Positions 7,851 to 18,367 of a stretch of DNA of 60,981 bases are shown here, in pieces. Position 1 is the first letter of the stretch. Each line of letters starts with the position of its first letter. The notes under the pieces were generated by a model that was not told the origin of the DNA, searched no databases, and was given only the letters and a program-made list of their open reading frames with translations. The stretch comes from Candidatus Omnitrophota bacterium (GTDB lineage Bacteria > Omnitrophota > Gorgyraeia > Gygaellales > Profunditerraquicolaceae). The translations under genes and the position numbers were made by a program. Where the stretch lies: positions 1 to 60,981 of the forward strand of contig JBAXLM010000001.1 of the NCBI GenBank assembly GCA_037134795.1, written 5' to 3'.

Positions 7851-8798
7851 GTGGTTGGCTCGTCGTATAATTTTCAGAGGATAAGAAGTTTCTTATTTTA
7901 CTCAAGCGTATTTTTATTTATTGCGGGCTTGCCTTTTATTTTATCATTCGCTTTGGGCTATAAGTTAAATCTACGTACTAAGAAATTTGTAAAAACCGGG
8001 TTAATTTATATCAAGACTCAGCCTGAAGGGGCAAAGGTTTACCTTAATAATAAAATGATTACCCAAAAAACTCCGGTGAGCATTCAGGAACTTATCCCGG
8101 GGGCTTATAAAATTACCTTAGAATTAGCTAAGCATTATCCTTGGAAGGCCGAGGTTAATGTGGAGGAGGGTAAGGTTAGCCGTGTGGATAAGGTTATTCT
8201 CTTTCCTTTAAGGCCTAATTTAGAGCAGTTAAGCCAGGAGAGATTTTCTTCTTTTCGCCTTGATGCCCAGAATGAGGCAATTTATTATCTGGATCCGGGA
8301 AATAGGGTTGTTTATAAGTCGAATCTAGATGGGAGTAATTTTAAGGATATTGCCGGCATCCCAATGAACTTCACGGATATCAAGGGTTGGGATGTTGCAG
8401 AGGATAAAACCAAATTGTTTATTTTTAACTCTCAGCAGATTATTGTAATCTTTTTTGACGCGAAAGATAACTATGAATATTCAGATTCACCTGTAATTAT
8501 TGATTATGCGCGAGAGAAAGTTTCGACAGTTTTCTGGCATTCGGATAGCTATCATCTGGTAGTGATAACTAATAAGCATGTCGCGGTAATTGAAGCTAGG
8601 GCCGCGGCAGAGCCAGTTAATCTGGTGGATTTGGAAAAAGAAAGTAAGGTATCTTTTTATGATGGAAAGCGTGACACACTTTATTTCACCCTTCCTTATA
8701 TGAGTGGCGGGGATATTGATAGTAATCTTTATAGGCTAGAGTTGGATACCGATCTTTTTATGTTGGAAGGCTTGATGCGAGGAAAGCAAAATGAATAA
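7851..8798 (+). CDS. Membrane-anchored PEGA-domain protein
   Basis: GTG start. N-terminal TM segment. PEGA-like segment IKTQPEGAKVYLNNKMITQKTPVSIQELIPGAYKITL. The C-terminal region is uncharacterised. Confidence 0.6.
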   Translation: MVGSSYNFQRIRSFLFYSSVFLFIAGLPFILSFALGYKLNLRTKKFVKTGLIYIKTQPEGAKVYLNNKMITQKTPVSIQELIPGAYKITLELAKHYPWKAEVNVEEGKVSRVDKVILFPLRPNLEQLSQERFSSFRLDAQNEAIYYLDPGNRVVYKSNLDGSNFKDIAGIPMNFTDIKGWDVAEDKTKLFIFNSQQIIVIFFDAKDNYEYSDSPVIIDYAREKVSTVFWHSDSYHLVVITNKHVAVIEARAAAEPVNLVDLEKESKVSFYDGKRDTLYFTLPYMSGGDIDSNLYRLELDTDLFMLEGLMRGKQNE

Positions 8799-10284
8799 AG
8801 CGAAAATTCTAAAGCGTGTTTTTGAGATTATACCCGGGGGGTTATCCTGGGGTATAATTATTTCGCTTATTTTGTTATCTATTGTGTATCCGATAGCAAG
8901 CGCGATTATTATCATTACTTTTGATTTTTATTGGATTATTCGCACGGTTTACTTAACCACTCTTTTGATTATGGCTCATCACAGGCTTGCTCGCCAAAAG
9001 GGTGATAATTGGCTGAATCGCTGCATGTCTTTAGGCCAAGATAAGGGTTGGCCAGATTTATATCAGTTAGTGATATTTCCGGTTTGTAATGAGGGATTGG
9101 AAGTTTTGCGCCCATCATTAGCAGCTTTAGAGGCGATACATTATCCGAAAGAAAAGATTATTGTTGTTATGTCTTTCGAAGAAAGAAATAAATTATCAAG
9201 AGGCAACGCCTTAATTTTAGAAAAAGAGTTTAGCGATAAGTTCGGAGTTTATCTATCCACTTTTCACCCTGACGCGTTGCCTGAGGAAAGCCGCACTAAA
9301 GGCGCGAATGCTACTTGGGCAGCTAAAATTGCCAGAAGTTTTATAGATACGCGTAAAATTGCTTATAAAAATGTGCTTGTTTCATGTTTTGACGCAGACA
9401 CTTGCGTTGAGATTGAGTATTTTGGCTGCCTGAGTTACCATTTCTTAACTTCTGATAAACCACATCAGGCCAGTTATCAGCCGATGCCGGTTTATAACAA
9501 TAATATCTGGCAGGCACCGTCTTTTGCCAGATTAGTTGAAATAAGCGGTTCATTTTGTCAAATGATCGAGAGTATGCGCCTTGAAAAATTTGTGACATTT
9601 TCCAGCCATAGCATGAGCTTTAGAACTTTGGTAGAAATTAATTATTGGCCGACCAATATGATTTCTGATGACTCGGTAATTTATTGGAAAGGTTTTTTGC
9701 ATTATAACGGAGAGTATCGCGTAATTCCGTTGTACATTACAGTTTCCATGGATGTGGCATACTCTAGCAATATTTGGCGCACCATGGTTATGCAGTATAA
9801 ACAGAAAAGAAGATGGGCTTGGGGCGTAGAGAATTTTCCATTTGTAGCCTGTGGATTTTTAGAGAATAAGCATATTTCGTTACTAAAAAAGTTAAGAAGG
9901 TTGTTCCATCTTTTAGAAAGCCATGTTACTTGGGCAGTTTGGGCAGTTATTTTGGTTTTAATCGGCCCTTTGCCTATTTTTTTCGGCGGGGTATTCTTTG
10001 GCCAAACAGCCATTGCTTACAACTTGCCGAAAATTACCGGTTTACTATTTAATTTTACGTTATTAACCAGCCTTACCTGGATATTTTTAAGCCGCACAAT
10101 TTTACCGCCTCGGCCTAAAGGTATTAGCTGGTTTAAAAATGTAATTTTAGTTTTAGAATGGTGTTTTGTGCCGTTTATTATATTGGTTTTGGGGTCTACT
10201 CCCGCGCTAGATGCCCAAAGCCGCCTTATGTTTGCTAAATACATGGAATTTAATCCTACATTAAAAGGGGATAAAGTGATATAA
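8791..10284 (+). CDS. Integral-membrane family-2-like glycosyltransferase
   Basis: TM helices at both ends. Central GT-A-like region (VIFPVCNEGLEVLRPSL...HYPKEKIIVV...CFDADT). Overlaps the preceding gene by 8 nt. Confidence 0.6.
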   Translation: MNKAKILKRVFEIIPGGLSWGIIISLILLSIVYPIASAIIIITFDFYWIIRTVYLTTLLIMAHHRLARQKGDNWLNRCMSLGQDKGWPDLYQLVIFPVCNEGLEVLRPSLAALEAIHYPKEKIIVVMSFEERNKLSRGNALILEKEFSDKFGVYLSTFHPDALPEESRTKGANATWAAKIARSFIDTRKIAYKNVLVSCFDADTCVEIEYFGCLSYHFLTSDKPHQASYQPMPVYNNNIWQAPSFARLVEISGSFCQMIESMRLEKFVTFSSHSMSFRTLVEINYWPTNMISDDSVIYWKGFLHYNGEYRVIPLYITVSMDVAYSSNIWRTMVMQYKQKRRWAWGVENFPFVACGFLENKHISLLKKLRRLFHLLESHVTWAVWAVILVLIGPLPIFFGGVFFGQTAIAYNLPKITGLLFNFTLLTSLTWIFLSRTILPPRPKGISWFKNVILVLEWCFVPFIILVLGSTPALDAQSRLMFAKYMEFNPTLKGDKVI

Positions 10285-11375
10285 TGAATTTGGAGGAAAA
10301 TATGGATATTAAAAAATTAATGCAAGAGATGATAACTAAGGGTGCTTCTGACCTTTTTTACCGCGCGGGAGGCACAACGCGTTTCCGTGTTGATGGTAAG
10401 ATTGTTTCCGTAAATGACAAGATCTTAAGTGTAGAGGATGTTATGTTGGCGATGGAGCAACTCACGAGCCCTAAACAGCGTGAAGCCTTTAAAAACAAGC
10501 TGGATGTGGATTTTTCTATATACCTTGATGAACTCGCCCGTCGTTTTAGGGTGAGTATTTTTATGCAAAGGAATTGGCCGTCTATTGTTATTAGAAATGT
10601 GCGTAATAATATAGCGGCATTCGAGGATTTAAATCTTCCCGCTGAGGTATTAAAAAGGTTGTCACTTGAAACTCGCGGCCTTGTGCTCTTAACCGGAAGT
10701 ATGGGTAGCGGAAAGTCCACCACTATTGCCAGTATGGTGGAATATATTAATAGTAATTGTAAAAAACATGTTTTAACTGCCGAGGAACCGATTGAATTTG
10801 TTTTTGAAGATAAACAATCCATTATTAATCAGCGAGAGCTGGGCACTGATGTTGCTTCTTATTCAGCTGCTTTGCGAGCCTTTACTTTGCAGAGCCCGGA
10901 TGTAATTTTTATCGGTAATATCCGAGATTATGATACTGTTTCCAGCGCTATGGCTGTTGCAGAGACTGGAGTTTTAGTTTTAAGTACTCTACATACTATT
11001 AATGCTTCTCAGACCGTAGAAAGATTAATCAATTTATTCCCGCCGCACCAGCATATTGAAGTAAGAAATCAATTGTCTACTTTATTAAAAGGGGTAATTT
11101 CATTGCGTTTAGTGCCTATTAAAAACGGAACAGGCCGTATTCCTGCTTATGAGGTTATGCTCTTAACTCCGACAATCAGCCGTTTAATTCGCGAAGGGAA
11201 AACTTGGGAGATTCCTCAATTTATTGATGATGGCGCCATATTTGGCATGCAATCATTTAATCAATCACTGGTTAAGCTGGTGCAGGAGGGAAAAATTACC
11301 GAAGAAGAAGGTGCGCAAGCCGCGGATAACCGCGATGAATTTATGCTCGCCCTTAAAGGAATAAAAAAATCATAA
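10284..11375 (+). CDS. pilT: PilT-family type IV pilus retraction ATPase
   Basis: Walker A GSMGSGKSTT, plus EEPIEF, LRAFTLQSPDVIFIGNIRD and TLHT motifs. 363 aa. The start overlaps the upstream stop by 1 nt. Confidence 0.85.
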   Translation: MNLEENMDIKKLMQEMITKGASDLFYRAGGTTRFRVDGKIVSVNDKILSVEDVMLAMEQLTSPKQREAFKNKLDVDFSIYLDELARRFRVSIFMQRNWPSIVIRNVRNNIAAFEDLNLPAEVLKRLSLETRGLVLLTGSMGSGKSTTIASMVEYINSNCKKHVLTAEEPIEFVFEDKQSIINQRELGTDVASYSAALRAFTLQSPDVIFIGNIRDYDTVSSAMAVAETGVLVLSTLHTINASQTVERLINLFPPHQHIEVRNQLSTLLKGVISLRLVPIKNGTGRIPAYEVMLLTPTISRLIREGKTWEIPQFIDDGAIFGMQSFNQSLVKLVQEGKITEEEGAQAADNRDEFMLALKGIKKS

Positions 11376-11404
11376 GCTTGCCTACTGGCAGGCAGGGAGA
11401 AATC

Positions 11405-12503
11405 ATGCTTGAAGAAATTAAGTCAAAGCTTGTAAATATCGGGGTAACTATTGAAAATCTAAGAGGTTATCTTTGACGTCCAGACAAAGAAGCAACAGAT
11501 AGATAAGCTATCCAGTCAAATGTCCGCGGCAGGATTCTGGGAGAACACAGAATATTCTACCAGAATAGTTAAAGAGTTAAAAATCCTTAAAGGAATTGTC
11601 GACCCCTGGGAACAAGCTTATAAAAAATATCAGGAACTTAAAGAGTTAACCCCTCTAGCGGGCGAGGAGGACAAGGAACTGGTTTTAGATTTAACGCGTA
11701 ATACCGAATTCCTCTTAAGTATTATAGGAAGGTTAGAGTTTCAAGCGCTTTTAGGCGCTCCACTTGATAAAAATGGCGCGATCTTAAGCATTAATGCCGG
11801 GGCAGGCGGGACAGAATCTTGTGATTGGGCAGGAATGCTTTTCAGAATGTATTCGCGTTTTGCCCAAAGCCGGGGTTATACGGTAAAAACAATTGATACG
11901 CTTCCCGGAGAAGAAGCCGGGATAAAAAACGTTACTATTCTAATTCAAGGCGATTACGCTTATGGTTATTTAAAAACAGAGCGTGGCGTACATCGCCTAG
12001 TGCGTATTTCGCCTTTTGATTCAAATAAGCGCCGGCATACTTCTTTTGCTTCGGTGGATGTGATTCCGGAGATTGAAGAAGATTTGGATATTAAGCTAGA
12101 TGAAAAAGATCTGCGTATTGATGTGTATCGCTCTAAAGGCGCAGGAGGCCAAAGCGTTAATACGACAGACTCAGCGGTAAGGATTACACATTTGCCTTCC
12201 GGAATTGTTGCACAATGCCAAAATGAACGTTCGCAGTTTCAGAATAAGCAAACTGCTTTAAAGATACTTAAAGGGCGTATTTACGAAGCCCAGCAGGCGA
12301 AAAAAGAGGAAGAGCTAAAACAGAGCGATTCGGATAAAAAGAAGATTGAGTGGGGTAGTCAGATCCGCTCTTACGTTTTACATCCGTATCATTTAGTTAA
12401 GGATCACCGCACAGATTTTGAAACCGGAGATAGCAATAAAGTTTTAGACGGGGGAATAGATGAATTTATTGAAGCATATCTTAAGTTTAGTGCTAAGAAG
12501 TAA
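11405..12503 (+). CDS. prfB: Peptide chain release factor 2, requiring a programmed +1 frameshift at 11471-11477
   Basis: Frame 0 gives MLEEIKSKLVNIGVTIENLRGYL then TGA. The +1 frame continues DVQTKKQQ... The body contains SPF (RISPFDS) and GGQ (GAGGQSVN). Confidence 0.95.
11461..11477 (+). promoter_or_regulatory. prfB programmed +1 frameshift site
   Basis: AGAGG TTAT CTT TGA C: an SD-like AGAGG lies upstream of the slippery CTT, followed by an in-frame TGA with C. This matches the canonical RF2 autoregulatory site. Confidence 0.9.
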
Positions 12504-12515
12504 TTTGAGGTACTC

Positions 12516-15437
12516 ATGTTAGGGTTAGTTAAGAAAATTATACTTAAAAATAAACAGGACGCCATTAGAAAGAAGTTTCCTGGTTTAAATATGGTTTTGC
12601 ATCCTGAGATGCCCAATCCTTCGATGAATAAGATGGTTGAGGTAGCTGCCGTAGTTGATCAAGTAAATGCTTGTGAATCCAGCGTGCAAGCTCTTACTGA
12701 CCTAGAACTTGCTGCCAAAACTCAAATATTTAAAAAACACTTAAGTATTAAATCCGAGCAAGTTGCGTTAGACCTGGAAGAGATACAAAAAAAGATGCTT
12801 TTAGTAGCAATGCCGGAAGAAAAAGAAAAACTAAAAGAAAAACTAAAAAATTGCCGGAACAAGATTTTTATTGAGATTCTGCCTGAGGCTTTTGCTGTTG
12901 TTAGGGAGGCGGCAAGGCGCACTATCGGCTTAAGGCATTTTGATGTGCAGATTGCCGGTGGGATTATTTTGCATGAAGGCAGGATCGCAGAGATGTCTAC
13001 AGGAGAAGGTAAAACTCTGGTGGCTACTTTGGCAGCATATCTTAACGCATTACTAGGCAAAGGCGTGCATATTGTTACGGTTAATGATTATTTAGCCCGG
13101 CGCGACCGTGAATGGATGGGGCCGATCTATGAATTTTTAGGGCTATCAGTGGGCACTATCCAGCATGACATGTCAGATGCAGAGAGAAAAATTGCCTACG
13201 CGAGTGATATAACTTATGGCACGAATAATGAATTTGGTTTTGATTATTTGCGGGATAATATGAAGTATTCTATCCCTGAATTAGTGCAGCGGCCTTTCTA
13301 TTACGCTATCGTAGATGAGGTTGATTCTATATTAATTGATGAAGCGCGCACCCCTTTGATTATTTCAGGCCCAGCAGAGGAATCCACGGATAAATATTAT
13401 ACTGCCAAGAAAATAGTTGAACAATTAAGTGGCCGCCGAGTAACAGAAAGCGATGAAATTGACGCTAAATATAAAGGAGTGGATTTAGGCGTGGGATTTG
13501 ATTATGTGGCAGATGAAAAGGCTCAAACTGTAGCTCTTACTGAAACTGGTGAGCTTAAGGCTTCTAAGCTTTGGGGAATTGACACATTGCATACCTTAGA
13601 GACTATTGAGTATCGGCATCATACTATTCAGGCTTTGCGCGCTAAAGAATTTTTTGAGCGCGATGTGGATTATGTAATTAAAGACGGCCAGGTACTTATC
13701 GTGGATGAGTTTACTGGTAGGCTTATGCCGGGAAGGCGTTGGTCAGATGGTTTGCACCAGGCAGTAGAATCTAAGGAAGGCTTAAAAATTGAACGCGAGA
13801 ACCAAACCTTAGCCACTGTAACTTTTCAGAATTATTTCCGTATGTATGAAAAATTAGCCGGTATGACTGGCACGGCTTTTACCGAGGCAAATGAATTTAA
13901 AAGTATTTATCAATTAGACGTAGTTGTCCTGCCGACAAATAAGCCTTTAGAGCGCAAAAATTATCCCGATCGTATTTATAAAACTGAAGAAGAGAAATTT
14001 ACCGCTGTGGTTGAGGAGATTGCCGAGCTATATAATTCAGGCAAGCCAGTGTTGGTAGGCACGATTACTATTAGCAAGTCTGAACAGCTTTCAGAGATGC
14101 TTAAGCGCCGGGGGATCAGCCATCAGGTGTTAAATGCTAAATATCATGAGATGGAAGCGCAAATCATTGCCCAGGCGGGTAGTTTTAAAGGTGTAACTAT
14201 TGCGACGAATATGGCAGGGCGCGGTACGGATATACTTTTGGGAGGTAACCCGGAGTTTATTGCTAAAAATGTAGCTAAGCAGAAATTAAATCTAGATGAT
14301 CCAAATTATTCCAGCGGATATAAAGCAATTCTGGATAAATATAAAAAAGAGGCGGCGCTTGAGCATGATAAAGTAGTGGGGTTGGGTGGTTTGCATATTT
14401 TGGGTACAGAGCGCCATGAAGCCAGGCGTATTGATAATCAGTTACGTGGTAGAAGCGGACGCCAAGGAGACCCAGGGTCTTCGCGTTTTTACGTTTCTTT
14501 AAAAGATGACCTTATGCGTTTATTCGGTTCAGATAGGATTATTGGCTTAATGGATAAGCTGGGCTTAGAAGAAGGCCAGGTTATTGAGCATCCCTGGGTA
14601 ACTGGCTCTATTGAGATCGCTCAGCGCCGGGTTGAACAGCATAATTTCGAGATTAGAAAACAGCTTTTAGAGTATGATAATATTATGAATAAGCAAAGAG
14701 AGATAATCTATGGCCAGCGCCGACAGATTTTAGGAGGTTTCTCTTTAAAAGAAAATATTACTGAGATTATTTATAAGCTTGCTGAAGATTACATGCAAAT
14801 CTACCACCAAGCTAATTCTGCGGAATTAGATAGTGCAGGTTTGGTTAACTCTATGCTGTTAAAATTCGGAATTGCCCTTGATCAAGAAAAATTTGCTACG
14901 TTTGATTTTCGGGAAGCAAAAGAACAGTTGCAAGATGCATTACTAAAATGCTATGCATCTAAAGAGCAGTCAGTGGGGAGCGATTTAATGCGGAATTTAG
15001 AGCGCATGGTTTTCTTGCAGATAATTGACGCGAAGTGGAAAGATCATCTCTACGCTATGGATAATTTACGCGAAGGTATCGGCCTACGCGCCTATGGACA
15101 GCGTGATCCTTTAATAGAATATAAACGCGAGGCTTTCGAAATGTTTAATCAAATGGTCGGCGCTATTGAAGAGGAGGCCGTGGAAACTATTTTTAAATTA
15201 CAGTTAGCTAAACCGGAAAAGTTGCACGGAGTTTTTAGTTCTTTACCTCAACAACTAATGCATCCAGAGGTGGCTGAATTTGAAATGCCTGCCAGAGAAG
15301 AGAAGGTTAGGCAGATACAAGATACGATACAGAAGCCTCCTGTTCATTCTACACAATCACACCAACCGAAAGTTGGCCGTAATGACCCATGCACTTGCGG
15401 TTCAGGTAAAAAGTATAAAAAGTGCTGTGCAAAATGA
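12516..15437 (+). CDS. secA: Preprotein translocase ATPase SecA
   Basis: 973 aa. Motifs [32 protein letters not shown] and [11 protein letters not shown]-terminal zinc motif [13 protein letters not shown]. Confidence 0.97.
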   Translation: MLGLVKKIILKNKQDAIRKKFPGLNMVLHPEMPNPSMNKMVEVAAVVDQVNACESSVQALTDLELAAKTQIFKKHLSIKSEQVALDLEEIQKKMLLVAMPEEKEKLKEKLKNCRNKIFIEILPEAFAVVREAARRTIGLRHFDVQIAGGIILHEGRIAEMSTGEGKTLVATLAAYLNALLGKGVHIVTVNDYLARRDREWMGPIYEFLGLSVGTIQHDMSDAERKIAYASDITYGTNNEFGFDYLRDNMKYSIPELVQRPFYYAIVDEVDSILIDEARTPLIISGPAEESTDKYYTAKKIVEQLSGRRVTESDEIDAKYKGVDLGVGFDYVADEKAQTVALTETGELKASKLWGIDTLHTLETIEYRHHTIQALRAKEFFERDVDYVIKDGQVLIVDEFTGRLMPGRRWSDGLHQAVESKEGLKIERENQTLATVTFQNYFRMYEKLAGMTGTAFTEANEFKSIYQLDVVVLPTNKPLERKNYPDRIYKTEEEKFTAVVEEIAELYNSGKPVLVGTITISKSEQLSEMLKRRGISHQVLNAKYHEMEAQIIAQAGSFKGVTIATNMAGRGTDILLGGNPEFIAKNVAKQKLNLDDPNYSSGYKAILDKYKKEAALEHDKVVGLGGLHILGTERHEARRIDNQLRGRSGRQGDPGSSRFYVSLKDDLMRLFGSDRIIGLMDKLGLEEGQVIEHPWVTGSIEIAQRRVEQHNFEIRKQLLEYDNIMNKQREIIYGQRRQILGGFSLKENITEIIYKLAEDYMQIYHQANSAELDSAGLVNSMLLKFGIALDQEKFATFDFREAKEQLQDALLKCYASKEQSVGSDLMRNLERMVFLQIIDAKWKDHLYAMDNLREGIGLRAYGQRDPLIEYKREAFEMFNQMVGAIEEEAVETIFKLQLAKPEKLHGVFSSLPQQLMHPEVAEFEMPAREEKVRQIQDTIQKPPVHSTQSHQPKVGRNDPCTCGSGKKYKKCCAK

Positions 15438-16906
15438 GCGTAGTAATCCTGTCTGTTTTATCTGCTTTTTTATTATCGCTAACATTTTCTAGCCATAATC
15501 TTGGAATATTTGCTTGGGTCGCATTCCTTCCCTTATTTATTGCCTTAGAAAAAAAATCATTTTTACTGTCGTTTGCCATCAGCTATCTTTGCGGAGTTGT
15601 TTTTTGGTCGTTCACAATTTATTGGCTAGCGCATGTTACTCTTCTGGGTACAATTATTTTAATTTTGTATTTGGCTTTATATTTCGGTTTTTTTGGTTTT
15701 TTTCTTTTAACGTTCAATACCCAACGCCCAACCTTTAACTTATTTTTTATCCCTTCCGCCTGGGTTCTCTTAGAATACCTGCGCAGCTATTTATTCACGG
15801 GTTTTCCTTGGGCGGTTTTAGGCCTTTCGCAATACAGGAATTTACCGCTTATTCAATTTGCTGATATTACCGGTGCTTGGGGGGTTTCTTTTCTAATTGT
15901 TCTGATTAATATTGTGTTCTATTTATGCTTGCGTAGGAAGTTATCAGCAAGAGTTGTTTTGAGCGGCGTAATAATATTAGTGGCTTGTTTAATTTACGGT
16001 TTTTATAATTTAGCGCGGCATCCAGTAAACCACGCTGGCAATAAAGTAAAGGTGTCGGTAATTCAGGGTAATATTTCTCAGGATTTAAAATGGGATCCTC
16101 AGGCGGTAAATTTTATATTAGATAGTTATTCTGGATTGACTTCCGCGTCTGCTAAAGATAGCCCAGAGTTAATTATTTGGCCTGAGGCATCTGTTCCCGG
16201 GATCTTAGGCGAGGATGAATTGATATTTGAGCAGGTTTTTTCTTTGGCGCACACGCTGGATACTGATCTATTAGTGGGTACGGTAACGCATTCGCGCGGA
16301 AGTTACTATAATAGCGCTTTATTTATTGAAAGGTCAGGTAAGGGAAATAAAATTTACAATAAATTACATTTGGTTCCGTTTGGTGAATATGTTCCGCTTA
16401 AGAAAATATTTCCCTTTTTACAGGTTTTTACCATAATAGGCGATATTACACCAGGGAGAGAGTTTACCATATTTACTAAGCCAACTAATTTTGGCGTGCT
16501 TATTTGTTTTGAAGATCTTTTTCCTGAGTTATCCCGCCAGTTTGTAAGAAGAGGAGCAAAGTTTTTGGTGAATATTACCAATGATGCCTGGTATAAAGAA
16601 GGAAGTGCTTCTTATCAACATTTCTCCGCTTCCGTATTTAGAGCGGTAGAAAATCGCGTATATTTAGCTCGTGCCGCTAATACGGGAATTTCCGGGTTTA
16701 TTGATCCAGCGGGAAGGATTTTACAAGTTGTGCAGGATGCTAACCATAAAAAAATATTTGTTAATGGTTTCGTTACTCAAGATATCTATCCCTCTGGCGG
16801 GAAATCTTTTTACGGTAGCTTTGGAGATTTATTTGTCCTGCTTTGTTTATTATTTGACAGCTGTGTTATAATATTTATTCTGATAAAGCGCAAGGTGATA
16901 ATTTGA
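15434..16906 (+). CDS. lnt: Apolipoprotein N-acyltransferase
   Basis: Multi-TM N-terminus plus a C-terminal nitrilase/CN-hydrolase domain ([19 protein letters not shown]). The ATG at 15434 overlaps the secA stop (ATGA). Confidence 0.85.
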   Translation: MSVVILSVLSAFLLSLTFSSHNLGIFAWVAFLPLFIALEKKSFLLSFAISYLCGVVFWSFTIYWLAHVTLLGTIILILYLALYFGFFGFFLLTFNTQRPTFNLFFIPSAWVLLEYLRSYLFTGFPWAVLGLSQYRNLPLIQFADITGAWGVSFLIVLINIVFYLCLRRKLSARVVLSGVIILVACLIYGFYNLARHPVNHAGNKVKVSVIQGNISQDLKWDPQAVNFILDSYSGLTSASAKDSPELIIWPEASVPGILGEDELIFEQVFSLAHTLDTDLLVGTVTHSRGSYYNSALFIERSGKGNKIYNKLHLVPFGEYVPLKKIFPFLQVFTIIGDITPGREFTIFTKPTNFGVLICFEDLFPELSRQFVRRGAKFLVNITNDAWYKEGSASYQHFSASVFRAVENRVYLARAANTGISGFIDPAGRILQVVQDANHKKIFVNGFVTQDIYPSGGKSFYGSFGDLFVLLCLLFDSCVIIFILIKRKVII

Positions 16907-16917
16907 TTTCGTAACTT

Positions 16918-17415
16918 ATGCCGTCATTAATGAAAAAAATATTACTAATTATTTTAATTTTAGCCGCAGTTTGTATTTTTATAGGTTTAGCGTCACTGGA
17001 TAAGCAGTACTTTATCTGTCCGGTTAAATATAAGAGCGATATTGTTATTCGCCACGATAATTACGGCAACGGGTTATTTGCTTCGGACCGCTCGGGAAAT
17101 AGGATCCATAAAGGAACTGATATGTTGGCTAAGGTGGGCACTCCTGTTTTGGCTGCAAAAAGTGGCCGGGTATTGGCTGCAACGCAAAATCGCGGGATGG
17201 GTAAATATGTGATTATCCAGCATAAGCACAATATTATTAGTATTTACGGGCATCTTTCAGAGATTTCTGTGCGTAAACATGATTATGTGTCTCAAGGTGG
17301 GGTTATCGGTAAAGTAGGCAAGACTGGAAATGCCGCGTATCGGGCTATGCTGCCACATCTGCATTTTGAAATCAGGAAAAATGGGGTTCCTCAGGATCCG
17401 CTGCAGTATATCTAA
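16918..17415 (+). CDS. M23 family metallopeptidase (LytM-like)
   Basis: Motifs HKGTDM, GKYVIIQH, IYGHLSEI and PHLHFEI. N-terminal TM or signal segment. Confidence 0.85.
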   Translation: MPSLMKKILLIILILAAVCIFIGLASLDKQYFICPVKYKSDIVIRHDNYGNGLFASDRSGNRIHKGTDMLAKVGTPVLAAKSGRVLAATQNRGMGKYVIIQHKHNIISIYGHLSEISVRKHDYVSQGGVIGKVGKTGNAAYRAMLPHLHFEIRKNGVPQDPLQYI

Positions 17416-18290
17416 CTTTCCTTGGGCTCCATATGCACTACTACGTCAGTTATTCCGGGGATAGATGATTTAATCGTATTTTCAATGCGGTAGCATATTT
17501 GGTGGGCATCATCAATATGCATATCTGGGCGTACCTGCACATGTAAGTCCATATAAATATCATCAATTCTGCCGCGGCTACGGATTTTGTGGCAGGCTTG
17601 CACTCCTTTTATTTTTAATACAATATCAATAATTTTCTGATCATCGAGAAAAACCGCGGTGTCACAGAGCACATCAGAGCTTTGTTTGGCTATCTGGAAA
17701 GCAGCAAAGAGAATAAAGAGCGATATAAGCATTGTAACTATCGGGTCGATTAAAGGAAACCCCAGCCGGGTTACAATCAATGAGACAATTACTGAAATTG
17801 AAGTAAAGATATCTGCTCGGGTGTGTAGGGAATCAGAAACCAGGATATCGCTTTTTAAAGCGATGCCTTTTTTGTATTCATAGCGCATTACCCAGATGTT
17901 TACTGCTAAAGTAACAAACATCACTATAAAGCTACCTAGGTCATTTTGGAATACAACTGGATGATGAAAGCGTTTCCAGCCCTCTTTGAGTAAATTAAAC
18001 GCAACAATAAAAAGCATGGCAGCAATCCCTAATGAAAAAAGTGTTTCATATTTTTTATGTCCGTAAGGGTGGCCTTTATCTATTGGTTGGCAGGCAAAAT
18101 GAATTCCTAATATCCCGATAAGATTAGAAGTTCCGTCAGATAAAGAATGAAATCCGTCCGCAGTCATACTAAAGCAGCGGCTGCTTAAACCGTAAAGAAT
18201 TTTAGCTAGAGCTACTGCCCAGTTTAAAAAAAGGATAATTATAAGGATTTTCCTTATTTTTTGATAGTGTAGATGGGTATTGGTTACCAT
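17412..18290 (-). CDS. Cation diffusion facilitator family metal efflux transporter
   Basis: Six TM helices with HSLSD and DSLHTRADI metal-site motifs, plus a C-terminal cytoplasmic domain. Convergent 4-nt overlap with the M23 gene. Confidence 0.85.
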   Translation of the reverse strand: MVTNTHLHYQKIRKILIIILFLNWAVALAKILYGLSSRCFSMTADGFHSLSDGTSNLIGILGIHFACQPIDKGHPYGHKKYETLFSLGIAAMLFIVAFNLLKEGWKRFHHPVVFQNDLGSFIVMFVTLAVNIWVMRYEYKKGIALKSDILVSDSLHTRADIFTSISVIVSLIVTRLGFPLIDPIVTMLISLFILFAAFQIAKQSSDVLCDTAVFLDDQKIIDIVLKIKGVQACHKIRSRGRIDDIYMDLHVQVRPDMHIDDAHQICYRIENTIKSSIPGITDVVVHMEPKES

Positions 18291-18332
18291 AAAATTATTC
18301 TACCCTATTTAAGTTTTTTTGCAAATTATTTC

Positions 18333-18361
18333 TCGACTATAGATTTACATGATGCTAGAAT
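18333..18361 (+). promoter_or_regulatory. Promoter TCGACT-17-TAGAAT, ending 6 nt before the ATG at 18368
   Basis: The -10 TAGAAT is at 18356-18361. There is no SD before the start codon. Confidence 0.4.
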
Positions 18362-18367
18362 ATAAAC

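Noticed and set aside
9665-9690. CTGATGA…GAAA, the core boxes of a hammerhead ribozyme.
   Set aside because: The sequence between the boxes forms no stem II, no stems I or III can be drawn, and it lies in the middle of a conserved coding region.
10358-10822. A 154-aa minus-strand ORF.
   Set aside because: It is antisense to the conserved core of pilT, including the Walker A region, and its sequence is not protein-like.
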